Of a DNA stretch of 64,000 bases, positions 21,103-28,504 are shown piece after piece. The translations under genes were made by a program, and so were the position numbers. Origin of the DNA: Patescibacteria group bacterium (GTDB lineage: Bacteria > Patescibacteriota > Minisyncoccia > Moranbacterales > UBA2206); assembly GCA_022709735.1 (NCBI GenBank), contig JAKLIG010000005.1, forward strand, positions 5,884 to 69,883, in the 5' to 3' direction. The notes below the pieces were generated by a model. The model ran no database searches, was not told where the DNA came from, and worked only from the letters and a program-made list of their open reading frames with translations. How positions within the stretch are numbered: position 1 is the stretch's first letter; each line of letters begins with the position of its first letter.

Positions 21103-21306
21103 TTAGTTTGCTTGTTTTCCCCACTTTGCCCAATCGGGAGTGAGAATTTCCTTGAATTTTCTGATGCAATGTTCTGCACCATTTAAAAAAACTTCGATTT
21201 CCTTATCTCCATTGATAATATTCATTGTCCCAGAAAGATCATTATTCCTAATGATGGTGTCTGCCAATGACATATATCCCCTTTGTATAACCACTCTTTC
21301 TGTCAT
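21103..21306 (-). CDS. Hypothetical small protein (67 aa)
   Basis: Only a complete ORF with no recognisable family. Confidence 0.35.
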   Translation of the reverse strand: MTERVVIQRGYMSLADTIIRNNDLSGTMNIINGDKEIEVFLNGAEHCIRKFKEILTPDWAKWGKQAN

Positions 21307-21334
21307 AATTCCACCTCCTCTTAAAAAACATTAT

Positions 21335-21390
21335 TTATCATCCCGAGCTTAGAAAGAATTTTTTATTCTTCGCTATGCTCGGAACGACAA
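21335..21390. repeat. TTGTCAT-family element copy E3 (TTATCATCCCGAGC ... GCTCGGAACGACAA)
   Basis: Its ends resemble E1 (TTGTCATCCTCGCG ... GCGGGAATGACAA). Confidence 0.4.
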
Positions 21391-21645
21391 ATCGGAGGCT
21401 TATTGTTTTTAATGAAACTGTTAATTATACACCATTTTTACCAAAAAGTCAAGGATGAACCATTTTAGGCTTTTAATAAAGCCTTTTTAAAGAACAAAAA
21501 AACACGCCTAAGCGTGATTCCTATTTAAACTTGCGATTTACTAAATTATAATAAATCCAAAACATATTAATTTATTTTTTGTTTTCTTTTACTCTACTAT
21601 TATATTATATCGCCAAATATTAGCAAATCGAAGTTATGCACAAGC

Positions 21646-21674
21646 TTGACTTCTTAATCAGATTGTTATATATT
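21646..21674 (+). promoter_or_regulatory. Sigma70-like promoter TTGACT-17-TATATT for the small membrane protein gene
   Basis: Near-consensus -35/-10 with 17-nt spacing, about 50 nt upstream of the ATG at 21727. Confidence 0.45.
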
Positions 21675-21726
21675 GCCCTGTCAGAACATAGTTTAAAAAA
21701 TATAAATCAAAATATAGGGGGGGATA

Positions 21727-21924
21727 ATGAGAAAAAAGGTTAAAGAAAATGATTACGCTATCTATGCAATCATTGGCATATATTTGCTAATATCGATAGC
21801 TTGGACAATAGAAGCTTTTTTCCAAGAGGAAATTCCTCTTGTGCCAATAATCAATGTGCCGATATCCATGCTTATTGGCTCAATAACCATTTTCCGTCTC
21901 ATCTGGCTATTGAGAAAAAAATGA
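21727..21924 (+). CDS. Small two-TM membrane protein (65 aa)
   Basis: Hydrophobic ORF with a promoter upstream and a strong terminator downstream. Confidence 0.5.
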   Translation: MRKKVKENDYAIYAIIGIYLLISIAWTIEAFFQEEIPLVPIINVPISMLIGSITIFRLIWLLRKK

Positions 21925-21941
21925 AAAGCCAGATGAGCGAT

Positions 21942-21984
21942 CCATTCCGGATTTGATATCGAAATATCAAATCCGGAATTTTTA
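21942..21984 (+). terminator. Rho-independent terminator (perfect 15-bp stem TTCCGGATTTGATAT / ATATCAAATCCGGAA + T-run)
   Basis: Read directly from the sequence. Confidence 0.75.
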
Positions 21985-22006
21985 TTTCATCTGCAATTTT
22001 CGAAGT
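21979..22006. repeat. Short copy (U1) of the uvrB 3'-end sequence (TTTATTTCATCTGCAATTTTCGAAG)
   Basis: Matches 24056-24082 and 22625-22651. Confidence 0.6.
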
Positions 22007-22077
22007 TATACACAGAACAAAAAAACAAAACTGCTAAACTTATTTTATATGTCTAGCAGTTTTAACGGCAACTCTTT

Positions 22078-22284
22078 TTATTTTTTATCCCCAAACAAGA
22101 AGGTTCTACTCCCTGTTTGTGGCGGAAGCTGTCGCCAGGGCTTAGCAACTCTTACATCTTCCGCAATAATGGAATCCAACACTTGCTCTATTTCTGTTTT
22201 TTTTGGCATTCTGCCAAACCTATTAGAAATTTCAGCAAGTTTTTTGGCCATTCTAAAACCAGTTGAGGCTTTAAGCGAATTCAT
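22078..22284 (-). CDS. Small ribbon-helix-helix-like protein, paralog A (68 aa)
   Basis: A beta-strand/helix/helix pattern at the N-terminus (LKASTGFRMAKKLAEISNRFG...KKTEIEQVLDSIIAEDV). It is a tandem paralog of the next ORF (shared ...EDV..A......P.Q.G.RTFL). Confidence 0.4.
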   Translation of the reverse strand: MNSLKASTGFRMAKKLAEISNRFGRMPKKTEIEQVLDSIIAEDVRVAKPWRQLPPQTGSRTFLFGDKK

Positions 22285-22311
22285 AATACCTCCTTAAATT
22301 TAATATGGTGG

Positions 22312-22533
22312 CTATTTACAGCCATACCTCATTTGCCCAAAACCTAAAAAAGTTCTGGTCCCTGCTTGGATGGGTCCCTGCTTGGATGTTTCAGCTGCTT
22401 CCACATCCTCTTTGACAATAGAAGCAACTAGTTGCGCTATTTCTCCTCTCGTAGGCTTTCTTTTAAAAAGACTAAGAAATTTTTTTAATTTCTTTTTTAA
22501 TCTGTTATCAAATGAAGCGCACATTGAATCCAT
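22312..22533 (-). CDS. Small ribbon-helix-helix-like protein, paralog B (73 aa)
   Basis: Alignable with paralog A (MDSMCASFDNRLKKKLKKFLSLFKRKPTRGEIAQLVASIVKEDV...GTRTFL). Confidence 0.4.
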   Translation of the reverse strand: MDSMCASFDNRLKKKLKKFLSLFKRKPTRGEIAQLVASIVKEDVEAAETSKQGPIQAGTRTFLGFGQMRYGCK

Positions 22534-22621
22534 AGAAACCTCCCTTCAAAATAGGTTAATAAATCGATAATAATTTTAAGTTACTTCCTAAATGGTAATG
22601 CCCTTTCGAAAAATTTGCAAT

Positions 22622-22667
22622 TTTTTATTTCATCTGCAATTTTCGAAGCTCCCCAATTTCATCCCAA
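22622..22667. repeat. 46-bp relic copy (U2) of the uvrB 3' terminus including its stop codon
   Basis: About 92% identical to 24053-24103. On the minus strand it would encode IWDEIGELRKLQMK*, against the uvrB C-terminus IIRDEIGELRKLQMK*. Confidence 0.7.
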
Positions 22668-22678
22668 ATAAAAATCAA

Positions 22679-23434
22679 CTATCCCAGCAGTTTGCTCATA
22701 GTCCATAGCGCTTCATAGAAAGCTCGCATAGTATCGGCAAACGATTTGCTTTCAATAACGAAACTGTAATTTTCTTCAATAGGAGCGAAAGAAGCAACGA
22801 CATTGCCATAAATAAGCAAAGAATTTTTTAGTTTCATATTCATCGGCAATTCGCGCGCTTCGCGATTGGTCGCTTTGAGAGTTTCCGGTGAATAATAGCG
22901 ATGCAGATTTTTTTGTCCGTAATTCCTAAGAATTTTGCTATGCATGCCTTTCTCTTTCACTTTTTCAATATAATGCTCTACAAATTGTTTTCCTAAAATA
23001 ATCGTAGTCGCTTCATGAGCAATCGTCCATAATAATTCCTTCTGCTTGGACTCCAAGGCATCCAGCCAAATTTTTTTCATTCCTTCTTTTCCGCGATAAT
23101 ATTTAAAATTAGTGGAAAATTTTTCTGATTCAAATATTTTCTTGAGACCAGGCATTGATTCTACCAGCGTGTTTTGATTTCTTTTTTGGATTTCTTCCAA
23201 AATTTCAGGACTTTCCGCAATAAACAATTTTCTTTTCCCGGATTGTGATTGACTTACCAATCCAAGCTGAATAAGTTTTTCGACAAAATTATATACAGTT
23301 GTTCTTTTGACCTTAGCCTTAACAGCAATATCCTGGATTGATCCGGCTCCCAATTCCAAGCAAGCTAAATAAATTTTAGATTCTTTTTCCGAAAACCCCA
23401 AATTCCTGATAGAAGCGATTATTTTTTGATTCAT
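22679..23434 (-). CDS. TrmB-family HTH transcriptional regulator
   Basis: N-terminal TrmB-type wHTH (LGFSEKESKIYLACLELGAGSIQDIAVKAKVKRTTVYNFVEKLIQLGLV). Length 251 aa. Confidence 0.55.
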   Translation of the reverse strand: MNQKIIASIRNLGFSEKESKIYLACLELGAGSIQDIAVKAKVKRTTVYNFVEKLIQLGLVSQSQSGKRKLFIAESPEILEEIQKRNQNTLVESMPGLKKIFESEKFSTNFKYYRGKEGMKKIWLDALESKQKELLWTIAHEATTIILGKQFVEHYIEKVKEKGMHSKILRNYGQKNLHRYYSPETLKATNREARELPMNMKLKNSLLIYGNVVASFAPIEENYSFVIESKSFADTMRAFYEALWTMSKLLG

Positions 23435-23570
23435 AAATTTAATATAAATTTGTCTAAATTATAGACAAAAAGTCTTGTATTTGTCAATTCCTCTGATAAA
23501 ATAAGCCAGTAAAAAAATATGTCTGTTAATTGCAAGTTCGTTAAAATTTTATTAAAAAGGAGGAATTATT

Positions 23571-23993
23571 ATGTTTTTCACAAAAGACATCAACCAGCTT
23601 GTAGCAGGATACGATCAAATTGAAAAAGCCGTTAATGAATTATTTAAGGAATTGGCTAAAGTTTCGACAGAAGCCGACATCCCACTGCAGATATTTGAAT
23701 CTACGTTAGAAACACTTAAAAAAATACGCTCCGAGATGAAAAAAAGAAAAATTCCAAAAGAAGTCTTGGAACAAATTTCTAAAAAAATATTTGAGCCTGC
23801 TGTGGAAACTGCCATTGTTAGAATTGCTTTTATTGAAGATAAATTAGAAGGAAAGGAAAAGAAAAAAATAAATAAGTCTTTGATGAATGTAATGGAATTA
23901 ATAGTAGGCAATACGGATGAATTCATTTTACATGTAGATAAGCAAGCGGCAATGGCGTTTGGAGATAAAATGTATCGACATAACATAAGATAA
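23571..23993 (+). CDS. Hypothetical protein (140 aa)
   Basis: Good RBS (AAAGGAGG) and a terminator hairpin at 24019-24046. No family recognised. Confidence 0.5.
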   Translation: MFFTKDINQLVAGYDQIEKAVNELFKELAKVSTEADIPLQIFESTLETLKKIRSEMKKRKIPKEVLEQISKKIFEPAVETAIVRIAFIEDKLEGKEKKKINKSLMNVMELIVGNTDEFILHVDKQAAMAFGDKMYRHNIR

Positions 23994-24018
23994 GAAGGGG
24001 CGGCAGATACAAAGAAAG

Positions 24019-24046
24019 GCTTGATTATAAATAATCAAGCCTTCCC
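24019..24046. terminator. Bidirectional terminator hairpin (AAGGCTTGATTA-TAAA-TAATCAAGCCTT)
   Basis: Perfect 12-bp stem between two convergent genes. Confidence 0.6.
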
Positions 24047-24058
24047 TATCGCAACTTT

Positions 24059-26065
24059 TTATTTCATCTGCAATTTTCGCAGCTCCCCGATTTCATCCCG
24101 AATGATCGCAGCTTTCTCGAACTCAAGATTTCTCGCCGAGTCTTTCATTTCACGCTCTCGCTGTTTGATATATCCCGCGATATCTTCCAAATTTTCCAGT
24201 TTCACAAAATCTTTGGAAATTTCCGGCTTGATTTCATGATCCACAATTGATTGAATTTTTTTCTGGATAGTTTTAGGCGTGATATGATGCTTCCTGTTAT
24301 ATTCCATTTGTAATTTTCTTCGTCGATTTGTTTCTGAAATCGCCCGCTTCATAGAACCGGTCAAGTTGTCGGCATATAAAATCACTTTTCCGCGAACATT
24401 TCTGGCTGCTCGTCCAATTGTTTGAATAAGTGAAGTTTCGCTTCGAAGAAATCCTTCTTTGTCGGCATCCAGTATTGCCACAAGCGAAACTTCCGGAAGA
24501 TCCAACCCTTCCCGAAGAAGATTTACTCCCACCAAAACATCGAACTCTCCTCGTCGAAGTTTTTCCAAAATTCTGATGCGATCCAGTGTGTCAACACCAC
24601 TATGCAAATATTCCGATTTTATTTTAGATTCTTTCAAAAATTCCGCCAGATCTTCCGCCATCCTTTTGGTCAGAGCTGTGATCAAAACTCTTTCCTTTCT
24701 CTCAATTATAATTTTAATTTCTTCTAAAACATTTTTAACTTGTCCTCGCGCCGGCTTAATTTCAATTTCCGGATCAATGAGTCCAGTCGGCCTAATTATC
24801 TGTTCCGTAATTCCGCTTTCCACTTTCGACTTTCGACTTTTAACTAGCTCGTAAGAGCCTGGCGTCGCTGAAGTAAAAATCACTTGGTTGATTTTCTTTT
24901 CAAATTCCGGAAACTTCAAAGGCCGGTTGTCAAAAGCACTCGGCAGACGAAAACCATTTTCTACCAAAGATTTTTTTCTAGAATAATCTCCGCTAAACAT
25001 TCCCCCGATTTGCGGAACAGTCACATGTGATTCGTCAATGACTAATAAAAAATCTTTCTCAAAATAATCAATTAGGGTATAGGGCGCTTCGCTCGCTTTT
25101 CTCCCGGAAAGATAGCGGGAATAATTTTCAATCCCGTTGCAATAGCCGATTTCTTTCATCATTTCAATATCTTGGCGAGTCCTGCGCGACAATCTTTCCG
25201 CTTCCAGAAGTTTTCCATTTTTTTTGAGATATTCCACGCGTTCTTCCATTTCTTTTTGGATTTCACCCAATGATTCTGCCATAACCGGTTCCGGCACTAC
25301 GAAATGCTTGGCGGGATAAATCAAAGTTTTTTCTAATCCGCCAGCTGGCGGACCCAATTCTTCCCCCGTCAAAAAATCATATTCGGAAATTTTGCTGATA
25401 GAATTATTTTCTAAAGTTATTCTGGTTATTACTTCTCTACCAGGCGTGATTATTTCCAAAGTATTTCCGGTGAGCCTAAATTTTCCGCGAGACAAAATAT
25501 CCGACCGGATATATTGCATGTCGATTAATTTTTTCACAATTTCATCGCGATCAAATTTTTCTCTTATTTTAATTTCCAACGAAATATCCCGATAATATTC
25601 CGGACTCCCCAAACCATAAATGCAGGAGACTGAAGCGCAAATAATCACATCCCGCCTTGAAAGCAAAGCGGAAGTAGCCGCATGGCGAAGCCGGTCAATT
25701 TCATCATTGATCTGAGCTTCTTTTTCAATATATGTGTCACTGGAAGCGATGTAGGCTTCCGGCTGATAATAATCATAATAACTCACAAAATATTCCACTG
25801 CATTTTTTGGAAAAAAAGTTCGAAATTCTTGGGCGAGTTGCGCTGCTAAAGTTTTGTTCGGCGCGATAACCAAAGTCGGTTTCTGCACTTTTTCAATCAC
25901 ATTCGCAATCGTAAAAGTCTTGCCTGATCCCGTCACGCCCAAAAGCGTCTGGAATTTTTTTCCAGCCTTTAATCCTTCCGTCAGCTTTTTAATCGCTTTC
26001 GGCTGATCACCCTCCGGCTTGAATTTTGAATTAATTTTAAATTTCATACCTATATACTCCCTCAA
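24059..26065 (-). CDS. uvrB: Excinuclease ABC subunit B (UvrB)
   Basis: GDQP..AI, Walker A GVTGSGKTFT, helicase motifs, C-terminal UVR domain (DEIGELRKLQ). The start is possibly the internal MKFKINS at 26047. Confidence 0.93.
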   Translation of the reverse strand: MREYIGMKFKINSKFKPEGDQPKAIKKLTEGLKAGKKFQTLLGVTGSGKTFTIANVIEKVQKPTLVIAPNKTLAAQLAQEFRTFFPKNAVEYFVSYYDYYQPEAYIASSDTYIEKEAQINDEIDRLRHAATSALLSRRDVIICASVSCIYGLGSPEYYRDISLEIKIREKFDRDEIVKKLIDMQYIRSDILSRGKFRLTGNTLEIITPGREVITRITLENNSISKISEYDFLTGEELGPPAGGLEKTLIYPAKHFVVPEPVMAESLGEIQKEMEERVEYLKKNGKLLEAERLSRRTRQDIEMMKEIGYCNGIENYSRYLSGRKASEAPYTLIDYFEKDFLLVIDESHVTVPQIGGMFSGDYSRKKSLVENGFRLPSAFDNRPLKFPEFEKKINQVIFTSATPGSYELVKSRKSKVESGITEQIIRPTGLIDPEIEIKPARGQVKNVLEEIKIIIERKERVLITALTKRMAEDLAEFLKESKIKSEYLHSGVDTLDRIRILEKLRRGEFDVLVGVNLLREGLDLPEVSLVAILDADKEGFLRSETSLIQTIGRAARNVRGKVILYADNLTGSMKRAISETNRRRKLQMEYNRKHHITPKTIQKKIQSIVDHEIKPEISKDFVKLENLEDIAGYIKQREREMKDSARNLEFEKAAIIRDEIGELRKLQMK

Positions 26066-26085
26066 TTTTAAAATTTTGTCTAATA

Positions 26086-26115
26086 GAAAAGCCGTAAGGT
26101 AAGACCATACGGCTT
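26086..26115 (-). terminator. Rho-independent terminator after argG (AAGCCGTA...TACGGCTT + T-run on the minus strand)
   Basis: 8-bp stem followed by TTTTCTATT on the minus strand. Confidence 0.55.
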
Positions 26116-26141
26116 TAGTTTTATAACATTGAAATTTAGAG

Positions 26142-27380
26142 TTAGGACTTATGAGCTAACCCGGCATGGGCCATAGCTCTTGCTGTGACGCCAGCGATGT
26201 TGAGATATCCTTGCGAATCTTCATGATTGAATTCTCCAATTTTTTCCATTGAAGATCGTTCGGGATCATAAAGGCTGTGTCTGGCGTCGGCTGATGCGAA
26301 AAAAATATTGCCTTTATATAACTTGAAAACAACAACTCCCGTTACCATTTTGGCAATATTTTCCGTTACAGCCAGCAGGTCGCTTGCTAACGGACTAAAC
26401 CATTCACCCTCATAAACTACATCGGCAAGTTTTCGGGAAATAATTTCAAAAGACTTTCGCCTTTCCCGATCCAAAATGAGTTCGAGCATTTTGGCATACG
26501 CTCTGCCGAGAAGCGTTACGCCCGGTGCTTCATAAATTCCCCGAGACTTGATGCCAACACGCCGGTTCTCAACCACATCCAGAATACCAACTCCATTGCG
26601 ACCAGCAATTTTGTTAAGCTCCAGAAAAATATTAACAAGATCAAGGCCATGACCATTAATGCCTACGGGGACACCGTTTTCAAAAACGATTAATACAGTT
26701 TCTTCCTTGTCCGGGGCATCTTTTGGATGAACGCACATGATAAAGTTGACAAAATCGGTGGGTGTGTTCAAAAATTCCAGCTTACCAGCTTCATGGGTAA
26801 GACCGCACAAATTAGAGTCCGTGCTGTAAGGTTTTTTGATAGTGGTGCTAACCTCGAGACAATGATTTTGGCAATACTCAATCATCTCCCGCCGGCCGCC
26901 GAATTCTTTTAAAAAATCACGCTTACGCCACGGGGCATAAATCTGAATTTTCGGATCGAGCATTGCAAATCCAAGTTCGAAACGAACTTGGTCGTTTCCA
27001 CGGCCGGTAGCTCCATGGACGACGGTTTTAATTTCTCTTTTTTGAATTTCCGATAAGGCCACAGACACAGCAGACATTCTGGCAATGCCCGTCGTATTCC
27101 AGTACCCGCCTTCGTGAAATGCCTGAGCATGGATAACTTTCATTGCGTCTTTCGCCAACCTGTTTTTTCCATCAATTAAGATAGCTTCTTCGGCTCCAGC
27201 CGCTTTCATTCTCCGCGGGATATCTTCCATATCGCTTTCGTCCGGCTGGCCAAGGTCAACGGTTAAGGCCAGAACTCGAACTCCCCTGGAAGACAACCAT
27301 TTAACAATTGTTGTTGAATCAAGGCCACCAGATACAAGCGCGACCACCCATTTGCCGACAAGATCTTTCCAAGTTTCCAT
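26142..27380 (-). CDS. argG: Argininosuccinate synthase (ArgG)
   Basis: PP-loop SGGLDSTT and ArgG signature GATGRGNDQVRFE. Length 412 aa. The locus appears visibly GC-richer than its flanks (eyeball estimate). Confidence 0.85.
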   Translation of the reverse strand: METWKDLVGKWVVALVSGGLDSTTIVKWLSSRGVRVLALTVDLGQPDESDMEDIPRRMKAAGAEEAILIDGKNRLAKDAMKVIHAQAFHEGGYWNTTGIARMSAVSVALSEIQKREIKTVVHGATGRGNDQVRFELGFAMLDPKIQIYAPWRKRDFLKEFGGRREMIEYCQNHCLEVSTTIKKPYSTDSNLCGLTHEAGKLEFLNTPTDFVNFIMCVHPKDAPDKEETVLIVFENGVPVGINGHGLDLVNIFLELNKIAGRNGVGILDVVENRRVGIKSRGIYEAPGVTLLGRAYAKMLELILDRERRKSFEIISRKLADVVYEGEWFSPLASDLLAVTENIAKMVTGVVVFKLYKGNIFFASADARHSLYDPERSSMEKIGEFNHEDSQGYLNIAGVTARAMAHAGLAHKS

Positions 27381-27662
27381 GTGCCACCTCTCCTTTTTTG
27401 GTTGATAAAATGTACAAACAATTAGTTCTCCTTTGCCTAATTGATATTGAAGTTTATAATGAAAAGTTTATAAAGTCAACTCCAATTTACATCTTACCCC
27501 TTATCCGCTATAATTAGAATGTTATGAAAAAGACAAGGTCAGAAAAAAGAGAAAAGAAGAAAAAGCTGAAAATGAAAGTTTCCGGCAAAAGCGTGTTTCA
27601 AATAAAGAAAATCATAGTTAAAAAGTCGAATTGACTAATAATATAACTTTTGATATCATAAT

Positions 27663-28022
27663 ATGAAGTTGGTTTCAAAATTAATAATCAGAATATTGGC
27701 TAATTGTGCCGCTATTTTAGCGGCTGATTATCTCGTTCCAGGCTTTGTCTTTAACGGAAATTGGCAGGATCTCGTCATTGCCGGAGCGATTCTCGGGATC
27801 GTCAACTCATTCATAAGACCGGTTGTGAAGCTCATAACTTTCCCACTGATTCTTCTGACTTTGGGACTATTCACAATAGTCATAAACATCGTCCTTTTCA
27901 TTCTAGCCATCAATTTCATCCCCTCACTTTCCGTCCATGGATTTTCTGCCATCGTTTGGGGAATAATCGTAATTAGTCTTGTAAATTATATATTACTATC
28001 AATTTTTGACACAAAAGAATAA
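27663..28022 (+). CDS. Four-TM membrane protein of the phage-holin-4_2 / DUF360 family
   Basis: About 119 aa with four hydrophobic helices. The motifs AADYLVPGF...G..W and LGIVNSFIRPVVKLITFPLILLTLGLF are typical of that family. Confidence 0.5.
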   Translation: MKLVSKLIIRILANCAAILAADYLVPGFVFNGNWQDLVIAGAILGIVNSFIRPVVKLITFPLILLTLGLFTIVINIVLFILAINFIPSLSVHGFSAIVWGIIVISLVNYILLSIFDTKE

Positions 28023-28023
28023 T

Positions 28024-28245
28024 ATGCTAAAAATTATAAACATTGCAGAAATAATCATCTCCGTATTGCTCGTTATCTCCATTCTCCTCCAAAACCGCGG
28101 AGCGGGACTTTCTGGAACATTCGGCGGAGGATTTGGCGGATACCACACTAAACGAGGTTTTGAAAAATTCCTAGTAACTTTTTCCGTAGTGCTGGCCGGA
28201 TTATTTATTATCTTAGCTATTGCCAATCTCATTTTAGCAAAATGA
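28024..28245 (+). CDS. secG: Preprotein translocase subunit SecG
   Basis: Two-TM protein with LLQNRGAGLSGTFGGGFGG. Confidence 0.75.
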   Translation: MLKIINIAEIIISVLLVISILLQNRGAGLSGTFGGGFGGYHTKRGFEKFLVTFSVVLAGLFIILAIANLILAK

Positions 28246-28504
28246 CAATTAATAATTTTAGTTAAAACATATTAGCGATTTTATTAATAGAAAAAATAAT
28301 TGGCCAAAAATCAGTGAATGGCCAAAAATCGTCCAAGTTCTAAGTTTCAAAGAAAAACTTCTTTTTTATTTTTTCCTATTATTATTTGTCGGCTCTATCA
28401 TTAGTTCGGGAGTCGTTTTTTATTATTCCAAAACTAAAGCTATTCCAAATTATGGCGGAGAATATATTGAAGGCATCGTCGGCCAGCCCCTTTATATCAA
28501 TCCT

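Noticed and set aside
21400-21720. Possible small RNA or small ORF in the 370-bp gene-free region between 21306 and 21727
   Set aside because: It contains a terminator-like hairpin (AGGCTTTT-AAT-AAAGCCT+T5) and a CACGC-CTAA-GCGTG hairpin, but no convincing ORF with an RBS and no recognisable RNA family. Left as unexplained intergenic structure.
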